Positions 39,794 to 51,700 of a DNA stretch of 56,187 nt are shown one piece after another. The notes beneath the pieces are model-generated. The model saw only the letters and a program-made list of their open reading frames with translations, made no database searches and was not told the DNA's origin. Made by a program: the position numbers and the translations under genes. Every line of letters starts with the position of its first letter. The first letter of the stretch is position 1. The stretch comes from Catajapyx aquilonaris (Eukaryota). The DNA is taken from the NCBI GenBank assembly GCA_000934665.2, contig JYFJ02002479.1, positions 1-56,187 of the forward strand, given 5' to 3'.

Positions 39794-42700
39794 ATGACGT
39801 CGAGGGTGGTGCTCCTCACCGCCACGGTCATCGGTGGTCTGGCAGCGGTGGTGGTCGGAACGCCCATCAATGCAGGTACGTTATTTGAATTGCGCGGTTC
39901 CACTGCATTTGCGACATACAAATTGTGCTGGCGATGTTCCAGATGGTTATTTATTGGCAAGACTCGTACATACGCGATGTGTATATTTACATTAGATGCA
40001 CCAACACGAAGAGTGTGCATGACTAAACAATGTGCGAACAAATTGCGCCACCTCCAAAAAATTTGCCAACCGCTCATTACTGAGATAACAATGTTTCTGC
40101 AACCGTGCTTTACGACGCTCTCTTCCGTTCTCTGGAGAAAAAAAAAACAAAAAAACGACGCGGACCTCCCCATTATTCTTCATGGTTCCATGAAAGCGCT
40201 TCACTTTGTATCAATAAAGACTGAGCTTCAAAAAAGCGATGTTCTAAGATGGGAGGGTTCTATACATTTCCCTGCTGATCTAGGAAATCCAATATTTCAT
40301 ATGTGTAATATTACATATGTAATGCCATAATTTTTTATTGACCCCGGCCTTGACCCCAGGACCACCAGTCTCGATTGCATAAAACGGCCGTAAGGAAAGA
40401 AGTCCGGAGTCACATACCGGTTAACAAGTGGGGGAGTGTGGTCATCTCTTTTCTTCTGTAACAAGCCAACCGGGAAATTATTCCGAGCAGATTCTCCGCA
40501 CGTCCACACCTTCAAAAGAGGAAAGGAATGGAAAAAAAAACGCCTCCCAAGGGGAACTTTTTTACAACGGTCAAGGCTCAAAATGAGCCTGTCAGTCTTC
40601 CAGAAAAATTCCATAAACCCTCCCCTATAGCAAACTTGCAGGGTGCAATAATAACTATAGAACATTGGCATGACGGGGCTGAAGACCCTAGCCGAATAGT
40701 TTCTCTCCTCCCTTCCGGTTCCTATATAAATTATGAGCCAGACTCCCCTGGATTTCAAACCTGTTAACATCTTTGGGACGTGACGAGGAATGGGCCAGGC
40801 TCCACTCACCGAAAATCCTGCCCAACCCCAATGTTACATGGTGGATCATGGATCTTGGCTAGAGATTTCTGGATATACCAATGAGACTTTCCGTACACTA
40901 CAACAGCCTCCTAAATTTTTAACCCCATAATTCTCGGTTCTTATTACTATTTGATTACACAGGTTCCAAAACTCTCACAGGTAATCATTTCAAAATTTGG
41001 CGGTTCCATCTTCAAAATTTGGCGGTTCCATCTTCAAAATTCCCTTTCTTTCCGATACCAGCGCCCTCCTGAGTACGTGAATGAAGCCGATGTGTGCAGA
41101 ATAATAACGATACAACCTGCATTGTGCGTAATAAGCCCCACTGATCTACATTCGCTCTGACCGTTGCATTTTACACCAGACAGCAGGGCGCTGAACTTGC
41201 CCAGACCTGCCACCATGGGCGCCCATGTCGTACAAAGGTGTCCGTGAATTTGACCTTATGCAGATTTAAAAGCCCTCAGGGTGCTGGTTGAAAACAGCTG
41301 GCTGATTCCAATATAGATATTGTGCATGAACAAACGGGACCCTCTGGGTGCATGGTAGTGGGTAGGGTCAAGTTCAAGGTGGTTTTGTAGGCTCACCACG
41401 TATGTACCCCCATCATGCATACGTTGACCCAGCCCTTGATGTGGCACTTGGGTATTGCAGATCGTCACAGGGCGTTGGTCCAGAGCCACGTGTTCTTTTG
41501 TGAGGCTCTCGTAGATTTACGCTCGACGATCTGCCTATTACTTTCGGAATTACATGGGGACAGGAGAAAGGGGGTAAGGGGAGTGGTTGGGGTTTTATAT
41601 ATGGCGGTGCTGTGATTGTGGGTCCACCTGACACAAGTCCGATTTACGACGCAGACTTTGCATACGACGGTGGAGGTTTCATTGATCGCGGGATTTTTTT
41701 AAAGGCGGGGGATTGGGATGAGAGGGATGGAGATTTTTTGTTGACAATGACCCAATATCAGGGAGAATGCATAACATTCGGCAACAAAGGGGAGAAATGA
41801 TAGAATCGATTTTTTTCTTGATTTTATAGTGCTTTCATATTGAAAGATTCTCAATAATGCTGCGGTGCACTACAGGGATATCATGCTGTACGCTTATATT
41901 GCATCGAAGCAATGAAAGCCACAAAAAAAAATCAGGTAGTCATAATTAAATCTAATGCTACATGGGAAAGGATGAACAATATAATTATGCAGTGCGCTGC
42001 TGTGTAAATGTAGTGTAAGACCAGCACGTAACGGTTCCCAGGTCAAAACGACAAAGGGTTTGGTGATGGGCCTCAGTGCTACTGAGGTAGGAAAATTCAA
42101 TTTTCGAATGGAACCATTTTTGTGTGGGATAAATCACCCCTGGCTGCGTACAATAGTATCCCCATATCTGCAACGCGGTGCTATAGGCTATGCATTACTA
42201 TTGCACTATTACACATGAGGAATATTGCATTACGGACCCATCGGTGATGTATTTTCAGTGTGCAATGGCTGAATACTGTACGATGCTGTGCAGCGGGCTA
42301 CAGTACATATGTTAATTAAAACTACCTGTCATAAAAGGGAAATAATTCCTAAAAATATCACAGTAAATACCCCAACACCTCTGAGCATTTTGAGTGGCAC
42401 CTAACTAAAAATAGTATCTTGGCTCCTAGTCTAGTCGTCTCCCAAGGGATAATTATTCCGTACTCACGTAAATGTACTGTACTACTCTAATAAATTCGCC
42501 ACAAAACTTGCGCGGGCAATATGGATGTGTGAACTACAAGGTGCATGCCAATTGAGGCAAATGTGCATATTTATTTTAGCAAGTAGGCCTACTTACCTGC
42601 CAAGTAAGTCATGCCTCGTTTTAATTTATGCTCTGTGAATTGACCAATGAGAGAATACGACCAACAATAATCTGGCAGCACACCAATCCACCCTTCACCT

Positions 42701-45700
42701 ACACATACATTTGGCCATGCCAGTTGGCAATGCCGGCAGCAAACATGTCAGGGTGTTACCATCTCAACGCGCGCTATTCAAAGCTTTCATTAGATACATG
42801 TGGACATAACGAGTACAAGTACTTAATGTTCCTTCAATTTTCACCACATATTTACACCGATTAGCATTTAATACCACTCTACATTCCTACTCGCATTACT
42901 TTACGGACAGTGTCCCTACTTCCATTACGAAGCAATCATTGCCAAGTTATCCACCGCACCATTTACCGAGCCCTCGCAAAAAAAAAAAACAACAACTTGT
43001 AATTGAAACTAAAATGGTCCACGTGTAACCCTTCCGCAGCACGAAGACCACGAGACCCTTGTACCAACCCCAGTGTTTTGCGCCCGAAACGTGTCTTACA
43101 GACGCTACAAGTTCACTGACCACACCGTCTTCAACTAGTCGACAACAAGACAATTTTATTGTCTTTTCCCACGCTGCCAACAGTGGACACACATACTCAT
43201 CCCCCCCACCCCTAGTAAGTTCCCATCCCCAAAAAATACCAGAATAAAAAAAGTCGTGAGACGCTGTGCAAATTGCCAGTTCTCTTGTACACCTTTTGCC
43301 TGTAATCTCTACTCACGCCTTGCCGAATCCCACGTATACCCCAAGCCAATTACAACCCCCCTACCCCTATCCTCAACATTCACACGTACCGCTAAGCCGA
43401 AAAATAGCATCGCTTCCTGCATTGTGACCATAAAAACGCCGATTTCCGCTTGATTGAGGGCCCACAACTGGGCTGCAATTAACGTCAAACAGATTTTGCG
43501 CGCCTGGTCTTGCGACAAAGAGTAACCCCAAAACCATACCCCCAGCTATATACCAACCAACAACACAACGGCTGTTGCACGAGATATGATTGCGGCCATA
43601 TCGTGCGATGCACTGAAATGTGAGCACAATCAATAACGCTTCGATACAATCTCCTTGCAAAATTCGATATATTGTATCGTATTCTGGGGGTGACTATTAG
43701 GGCTGATACCATTTGTGTGTGTGATTACAAGACTGAAGCCTAAAGTTAGGTGAAGCACAGGTGCATGACACGCAACCAGGTAACATAGATCGATCTCTAT
43801 AGCAACGTATAGCTAGTTTCAAGAAACGGACGACAAATCGTCACATAACCGATCCTTTAAATCGTATTAAATCAGCAATGATTTTCTTAGGCAGATTCTT
43901 ACCAAGGGCAGTTCTCCGTGCCAAATCGTACGCCGCAATGTGGCCGGCGAGAGTTACGCTATTTTGTTAGGGTTACCACAGGATATGGCTGCAAAAATTA
44001 ATAGAATTACTAATTTCACAGTGCGCTAAATGCTAAAAATATGCGGGATTGTGGACTTCCCGGTTTACCAGACAAAGTTTCTACTAATAGAATGGAAACT
44101 AAAATAGAGCAAAATTTTGTCCTTGTTACTAAAATAAAAATAATTCAACCACACACTAGAATTTTTATCAGTGTAAGCCTCCATCACCTGACAAAAATAG
44201 TTAAAATATTAATGTAAAAAAATGGACTAGCACAATTTCATAAATCCTCTCAATAAAATCAGTGGTAAATTATTATTCAAAAATATTCATCAAGATTCTT
44301 AATGCAGTTACAGAATTGTCCCTTTGATGTCACTTTTGTAAATCTATATAGGAAACCAAGCAGGCTATTTATTTTTAGTCTCACTGGGTACAGTTTGCAC
44401 ACAATGCACAGTCAGTAGTTCACATTTATTATACAGCAAAAGAGATACGTCCCATAATGGCACAATTAAAATCATTCACAGCGATCAGAAAAAAAGCGTG
44501 CGAATTTGTTTCGGCTCACTTCTTGCAAGTTATACTTGCCACTCTTATTCCGGACTCATAATGAACCTTTTCTCTGTCGATTCAAAAGATCTAAGTTTTT
44601 TCAAACCTTAATTAACGAGAAGTGAAATGTAACGTCTCGGATCCATTGCTATTCAGCTGTTATTTTCAGTAATGAGCCAATTAGATCCTGGCTCAAGGTT
44701 GCATTATTTTCATTCACCCTCACAACAACAGCAATATCGATCCTATCCCCAAGAAACTTTTCTTAAAGCAACCATTATTAACCACCAGAGATACCATTAG
44801 TTAACACTAACGTGAAGTCTGCACTGGAAGCCATTGTGCTCAATTATGAAAGAATCAATCCTCTAGTGCCATATATACCGCTCGGCATGTCACAAACTTG
44901 TGCTAGTGGAATCTAACAGAACACCAGTATCGCATTATCCTCTTTGCCACAATCTAGTTCCTATTTTCCTTAATTTAGCATTGCTAAAAGGTGGTCCTCT
45001 CCAATAGATCTCCGCCCATCACACAGCTTCCGCAAAAATCCGGTCCACCAAAATCTACGCACTTTGGCAAAAACCCTGACCTGACTAATTGGCCCCCTGC
45101 CACAACAAACTTTATAGGCTCGGACCTAACATAACACGGAATTTCAAGTCGGGTTCCAAACTGGTTTGGCGGGCTTTTGTAAACGGGCGGATGTAACGCG
45201 TAAATTGATGACGATACTCCTTTTTTTGTATTGTAGTCTCAGGTAGTAATTCAATTAATTTTTTTCAATGCGAATTTCATATTTGAATTCGCGGTATTCG
45301 ACAGCGGTGCTCACAAGGGGCTGAACTACTCGATGACTGTAAAAGTAATCGCAAAACGTGCTAGGAAGCTCCATGGGGGACATACCGTGTTCCGCCTACC
45401 TGACAAATTCGTCAAGGGGTAAACAAGTCCGGAGAAAACCGTTTGCTAAAAAACCGCAGCAGGACACTATAACGGCCACCTTTATGTCCTTCAATACGAT
45501 ACTTTTCGTCTTCGAGGTGACACTGGGAAATAACAGTGCCTGCGAGCCCCCAACTGAATGAAAGAGAAAGGCCGCAAAACGTGTGTCAAAAGATGAGCAT
45601 GGGAATTTCTACCTCATTATTTGCCACATAATTTTCCATCCCCAGCCGCGGGGGGACATTGGCCGAAAAACCAACATAATAATATACCTGCAATCAGTGA

Positions 45701-48700
45701 GGCATACACGAAACAAAAACCGGGTGAGTAATAATGGTGAAGAAAAATTAGCTCAGGTTGCTACCTAACAAAAACCGACACGAAATTAAGCAGGAATTTT
45801 GCCCACGTCGTGTGGGAACCAGAAGCCGGGCCTCTCCTATAGATTCTCCCCCAGCTCCTACCCCCCATACCCTCAAAGTTATCCAAAATCCATTAATATG
45901 AGGGTAAAACCCCCCAAAAAAAACTTTATAGGCGTCTTCAAGCTCCTAATTTTTAATCAGCGCAATTTGATTTCGGAGTTGTAAATTATCGCTCGTCGAT
46001 TTGAGTTATTACTCTTCGCTTCTGAACTCATTAACCCAGCATTAATTAGTCGTTTTCCCAGGACGGGGAATAAATACCGGAACGGCAAGCATCCCAGGTG
46101 GCTCCTTGTCCGGCTCATTGCCCTAAAAACAGTTTTTGTCTGCTGAACGCACCCTGGTGGCCAATATCAAGAACCCTTTGAAATTCGATTACCGCACAAA
46201 TTCATGTAATATTTTGTCTGTTAAAATCATTAATTATCGTTTTTTTAAAAAATGCAGAAATTGATGCTGAATGTGGTAGACTCCATTGGTGTTCGGATAT
46301 ACAGGCCGTTCACGATATCGAGTTTGGATAGCCATCAGGAATACGTTCCGGTTCTGTCCGAGACATGCATCGGTGAATGACTGGGAGGTATATGAGTGGG
46401 TGGAGCGGGAAGCTGGTTTTTCGAGGAGGAAGAGTATAGGGGGCGTAAGAGTTCCTTGCTCTCTTGAAGAAACAGGTGGGCACCAGGTTCGCCTTGCCCG
46501 TGACCTTGCTGCCCGTGGGCGGTTCGCCGAGACCTACTGCGTATTATGCCCTCCTGTGGAGATCACCCATCATTATGACAGAACATTGGCGAACGTGAAG
46601 ACCTCCGTGAAAAAAGGAAGGGGACACGAGAGGGCGGAGGAAACGGCAGCATCGTTCCCATCTCACCACGACCCTGATTGGTCACGATACCTTGAGTAGA
46701 CCGCGAAGAGTTACAATATAAAAAGAAGGAGAAGGTACAAAAAAAAAAAGTAGTCAACCGGCCGCTGAATGAACCCACCTGATTAGCACATTGTGATGGA
46801 CCTTGTTTCGTGGAAGTTTCGTGAGCCTTCACAACCATATGATGATTTCAATAGTTAACCCCTGATGTTATGCAAAATACAAAAATTTGTGCGTAATCAC
46901 AAATTAATCAACTGGAACACATCGAAATTCACATTTTGAAAACATTTTTTTTTTTTTGCCAATGAATGCAGATTTGGTTCAATAAGAAACTGGTCGTTGG
47001 CACATATCAATCGTAGTTCCGAAAATATAAATTTTCAATAATTTTCGAGCAATTCCCTATAAGATTTTCCCCCACGTCATGTTTAGAACATGTGCTAACT
47101 CGATACATAACTCGATGGAGATTCTGAACAAAGAGTTAAACAGTGCCAGCTCACAACTGCTTATGTATTGTTATAAGATGTTTATGAAGATGTTATGGAA
47201 AGTACCGTATATTTATGGAAGGTTCAATACACAAGTACGTACGTGGCAGATTTGAGCAAGTCCTAACATTATAGACATTATTCACCAACAGAAAATAATT
47301 CTTCTATTTACAGAATAATTTTTTGTACAAAATCTTACTCTTATTACAGAATTTTATGATTTATGATGACCTCAGAAACAAATTGCCGAAGTTTTGCATA
47401 AATAAATACACAGTAATGTTTACTCTGGACGAACACTAATTTTCATTTATTCCACGTTATTTACAGTTGCCGATTTTTTCATATAAGAGATATACATTTC
47501 TGGCCAATTTCGCGTAGATTTCTCCAACCTACACCTGCCATTATTAAAAGACTGGAATTTCATTAATAATTTCAACGGCATTTCTTTTGTGCGCCTTGTA
47601 GAATTTTACATACTTGTGACATTCCGGAATGGCCTTATACTTGTGGTTTTGTGGGGGTCTCAAAAGTTGGTAAATACACATTATTAAATTTAAAACTTAA
47701 ACTACCTGCGCCACTGAGTAATACAACAATATGATCACAGTAAGCCCTATCTCTTCACTATATCCTCCCAAACGCCTCGTAATACACAGATAAATTAGAG
47801 AACATCCCCATTCAAATGTGAAGCAGTCGTCTCTCAATAAGCAACAAGAAAACACACTCGCAACCATCAGGCCTCTAAACTCCCACCGACTTCGACCAGA
47901 GTTCTAACCCCACGCTTCTCCGAGCACATCCCCGCTCCTATAGCTCTTTCACCTAATTACCAACAATGCTGCATGTGTAACGGCCTACTCTCCCCCATGT
48001 TAGAAACCCCGCACTAAAACTGGCTACATATATAAACGAAGTTGAGTGTGCACCACTTTTTTTGACGTACGGGTACGGTAGTGCAGTTCATTTCCCGACC
48101 TCAGCGGTAAAAAGGAATTCCCCTGGGTCTCCCCGAGATAAACGAGGGGCCGACGAAACCACCCTGCGCAATGTTGGCAAAACTCTGCAATTTGATCAAC
48201 AGTAGGAAGCACGCCTCCCTCCCAGGCCGCCTAAAAAGAGGGGCCTAAAAAATTGGAGGAAAAACGCGCGTCACTGCATCCAAACTAATCTAATAAAACC
48301 GTCGCCTCGCTGAAAACTCATAAGCGCGGATTCTGCATCAGAAAAACGTAAAAAAAAAGTATGAGACAGGTCGTTAGAAGCGCCACGTAACGGATGGTCC
48401 GAGCAACAACTGCCCGTTAAAAGCGCCATTGTGGGCATTCAGGGTACTTAACCAATTTTCTGTCTTTTCAGGGTGTTTCTACGGCGATAAAACCTATCCG
48501 GCCGGAGAAGAGGTACCCACAGACGAGCCGTGCCTGAAGTGCACCTGCAAGGACAAGACTATGGTGTGTTACCTCCGGGTATGCCCGGAAGCTCCGGATC
48601 CGCCACCCAAGGGATGCCACCTGCTCTTCCGGCCAGGCGTGTGCTGCCCTCAACTCATCTGTGGTGAGCACCAAAGATAACCGTAGATTTCCGGCCTTTA

Positions 48701-51700
48701 CCCGTCTGTTTCTTCCTCATTCCCTTAACTCTCCGGAGGAAATAAATTAATAAATGGACCTAAAATGTTTCCGCTTCCCCGGCCGACCGTAATTTAAGGC
48801 TTCCCTGGATACTGTTTGTACGGATCGTAACTTTACCTTTTTTTTAAGTGGGTGGGAGTTTAGGTTATTTATCTGGGGAAAACGCTCCAATTTGGAGCTA
48901 ACTTATGGAATATACCGGGTGTTTCTTTGCTAGGATGGTGTAAGGTTGGTGGGGAAGATGCAAAAGAGAATATGAATTCGGGGAATATATGTTGCCAAAC
49001 GGTTACCAATTTGCTGAGTTTTGCGGTTTCTGAACCGTCTATAAATTACATAGCGTTATAGCAGTATGGCTAAAAATAGACCTCCACCTATAGTAGTGCC
49101 ATGATGTCTTCATAAAATCATAATCTATGGAAGGTTATAAATAAGCACTATAACATGTGATAAAAATTGACGGAATTTGGACCGTTTATTTTTACAAGTT
49201 TTAATTCAGTTCATATTATGGGTTAGCTTGCGGCTCCCGTCATCGCTGACTACCCCTTATAGGGTAATGTCGTGATGATGATGATGATGAATATCAATAT
49301 TGGGAATGTTAATTAAAAGAAAGATAAATGGCACTATAGCTACAGTATATATGGATGAGATCGCGTGCATCTCAAGAGCCTACCAAAAAATACATGAACC
49401 CGACTTTTGCACCCGGACCTTCTTAACATCGTAATCCAAGCTGAAAGCGGCACTTGCGAGAAAAGAAAAACAATCCTGTGGAGGCGCCGGGTATCGATCC
49501 CGGTACCTCTCGCATGCTAAGCGAGCGCTCTACCATGTGAGCTACGCCCCCGTTGGTTAGGAAAGTGATCCCTGGTGCTTCGGGTTGCTGGTCCAGTCTT
49601 GGGAAATGTGACCAATCACCTGAAAGTGGGCCAAATGGGGTGACCACGCCCTGTAGACCTCCACCGGGCTGCATAAATTTAATATGGCACGCCATTTCAG
49701 GTGCTAAATGGTACTAATTGCGACTGCGGACTAATCACATTGGTCGCCCTTCAAATGTCCAACACTTATCATTGGGCAATAAGATTAGTTCCTACAATAT
49801 TAATCAATGTCTGTAGTTGTGACATAATTATCAGAGCGATAATATTCAGCAGATTTGCCCCATAATGTCAGCACCACACATTTTCAATTCTATTTTTGAA
49901 CACTATATTTAGCTTTGAAAAGTGTTTAAAAATTGTTGGAAAAATCAACGTAGGCCTACTTCATTTTTCCATAATAAATGTCAAAAATGCAAGTTCATTC
50001 TTTTTTAAATTATTTTAAAAATTTAACATTAATTTAACATAAAATATGTAAAAAGCTTTTAAATGCCCTGAAACCTACATGTAAACATTTCACTCATATA
50101 AAACTTCACAACTTCCCCAAAAAATATCAATGTCACCGTGCATATTGCTCTTCTAAATACTTCTGACAGAAACCCCCTTTTTTCAAAAACTGTCTCAAAA
50201 TATATTGCTAAAACCGGACTGATTCATTGTGTCTTTTCTATAGATGATGACCTGAACAGCAACCGCCTAGAAAGGAAGGAAGAGCAAATCACCCCTCAGG
50301 ACCTGGAAATGATAGCCAAAAACGTCTCCCAAATAAACGGTAAGTGGACATTGGTTCGAAAAGGAAAGCTCAGCATGGCGTATCTTTTTCTTTTCTTTTT
50401 CTCGCAAAAACCGGGTACTGTTATCTGGCAAAGTTCACACGCTCAAGGCCGAGGTCGCTATCCCGTTGGGCAATTTCCGACAAAATCGCTTAAGACTAGG
50501 AACACTCTCCATTTAAAAAAAGTGGACATCGGTCCTTTCTTGGGGATCGCCCCTCCGATTTGATTATCTGGGTTTCGGTGGGGCGGTTGCTCCAATATCG
50601 AATAGCTATTTCGAGAGAGCAACTCCTATAGTAAACCTTGCCCTGTATTTGGGGAAACCGCTCTTAAATTAGAAAATGGGAAGCACATCGTTAATATTTA
50701 AACGGACAAGGGCGTGTGCACTTTCGAATCTGATATCGAACTGATGTCGCGAAACTTGAAATTGCGAAAAATGATGGTTCCAATGATAAGTGACTTATTT
50801 GTCCAAGCGGTGTCTTCAAAAGGCAATAGATAATCCCTTGGTAAATTTATCTTTGACAACCAGTCTCCACCTGTGGTGTGGCGCATGCACTCGAGGAAAC
50901 AATGGACCATTTGCCTTGCACTCTTGGGCCACTCACCTGAAGCTCAACAAGAAGCGACCATGACTTTGTCTTGTAGGAACAGGCTCTCTCGCCAGCTCTT
51001 TTCTTTTACTCTCATTCTACCTGGCGTGCTTTTTCTACTCGATCGATTAACCTGGAGAGAAAGAGGAGAGAAAAAAGCTGCTGTGACAGGAATAAAGGCC
51101 TCATTAAGCTGACAAAACCACACCCAAAGGATACAAGTGTAGGAAAAGCTCGTTTAAAAATGGCGCTTGTAGATGACGTCAGCAATAAATGCATTTACAC
51201 GTGGGATTTCGTCCCACCCTGTCTGGACTGCACAGTAAAAGTTTCATGCGTGTATTATTACACACTGTAGTGCACTCATCAGTGCTCAACTTTTTAAAAA
51301 TGCACAAAAACATTATGGGTATACCAGAGAAACACTCTTGTATACCAGTACATAATAAAATGCATGATGTGCTCATAATTATTACACGAATTGCACAAAC
51401 GTGTGAAGTAATACGCATACTCAGCATATAAAGCGATGCAAGGGTTGCGCATCAAATAAATACGCGACTCGCAATTTTCGTAGTCATCCTTATTAGGTCT
51501 TATCGTAATGCGATTTGTCCACTCGAGTAATGAAAGTGTCTTCCCTGTGATCCAATTATCTTGGAATTGCTCCCTGGAATTTATGGAAGGCAAAAAAGGG
51601 GCGCAGAACTTTCGCGACTCAGCACTAGGAAAATGTCACGGCTGGAGACAATTTAATAACTGTGCATCAGCGTTGTAAGAAATTGAGTGTTTCGCCACAT

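Noticed and set aside
39782..40330. 182-aa ORF as a complete gene
   Set aside because: Only 39794-39875 looks coding (signal peptide ending at a gtacg donor); the rest is intron read-through.
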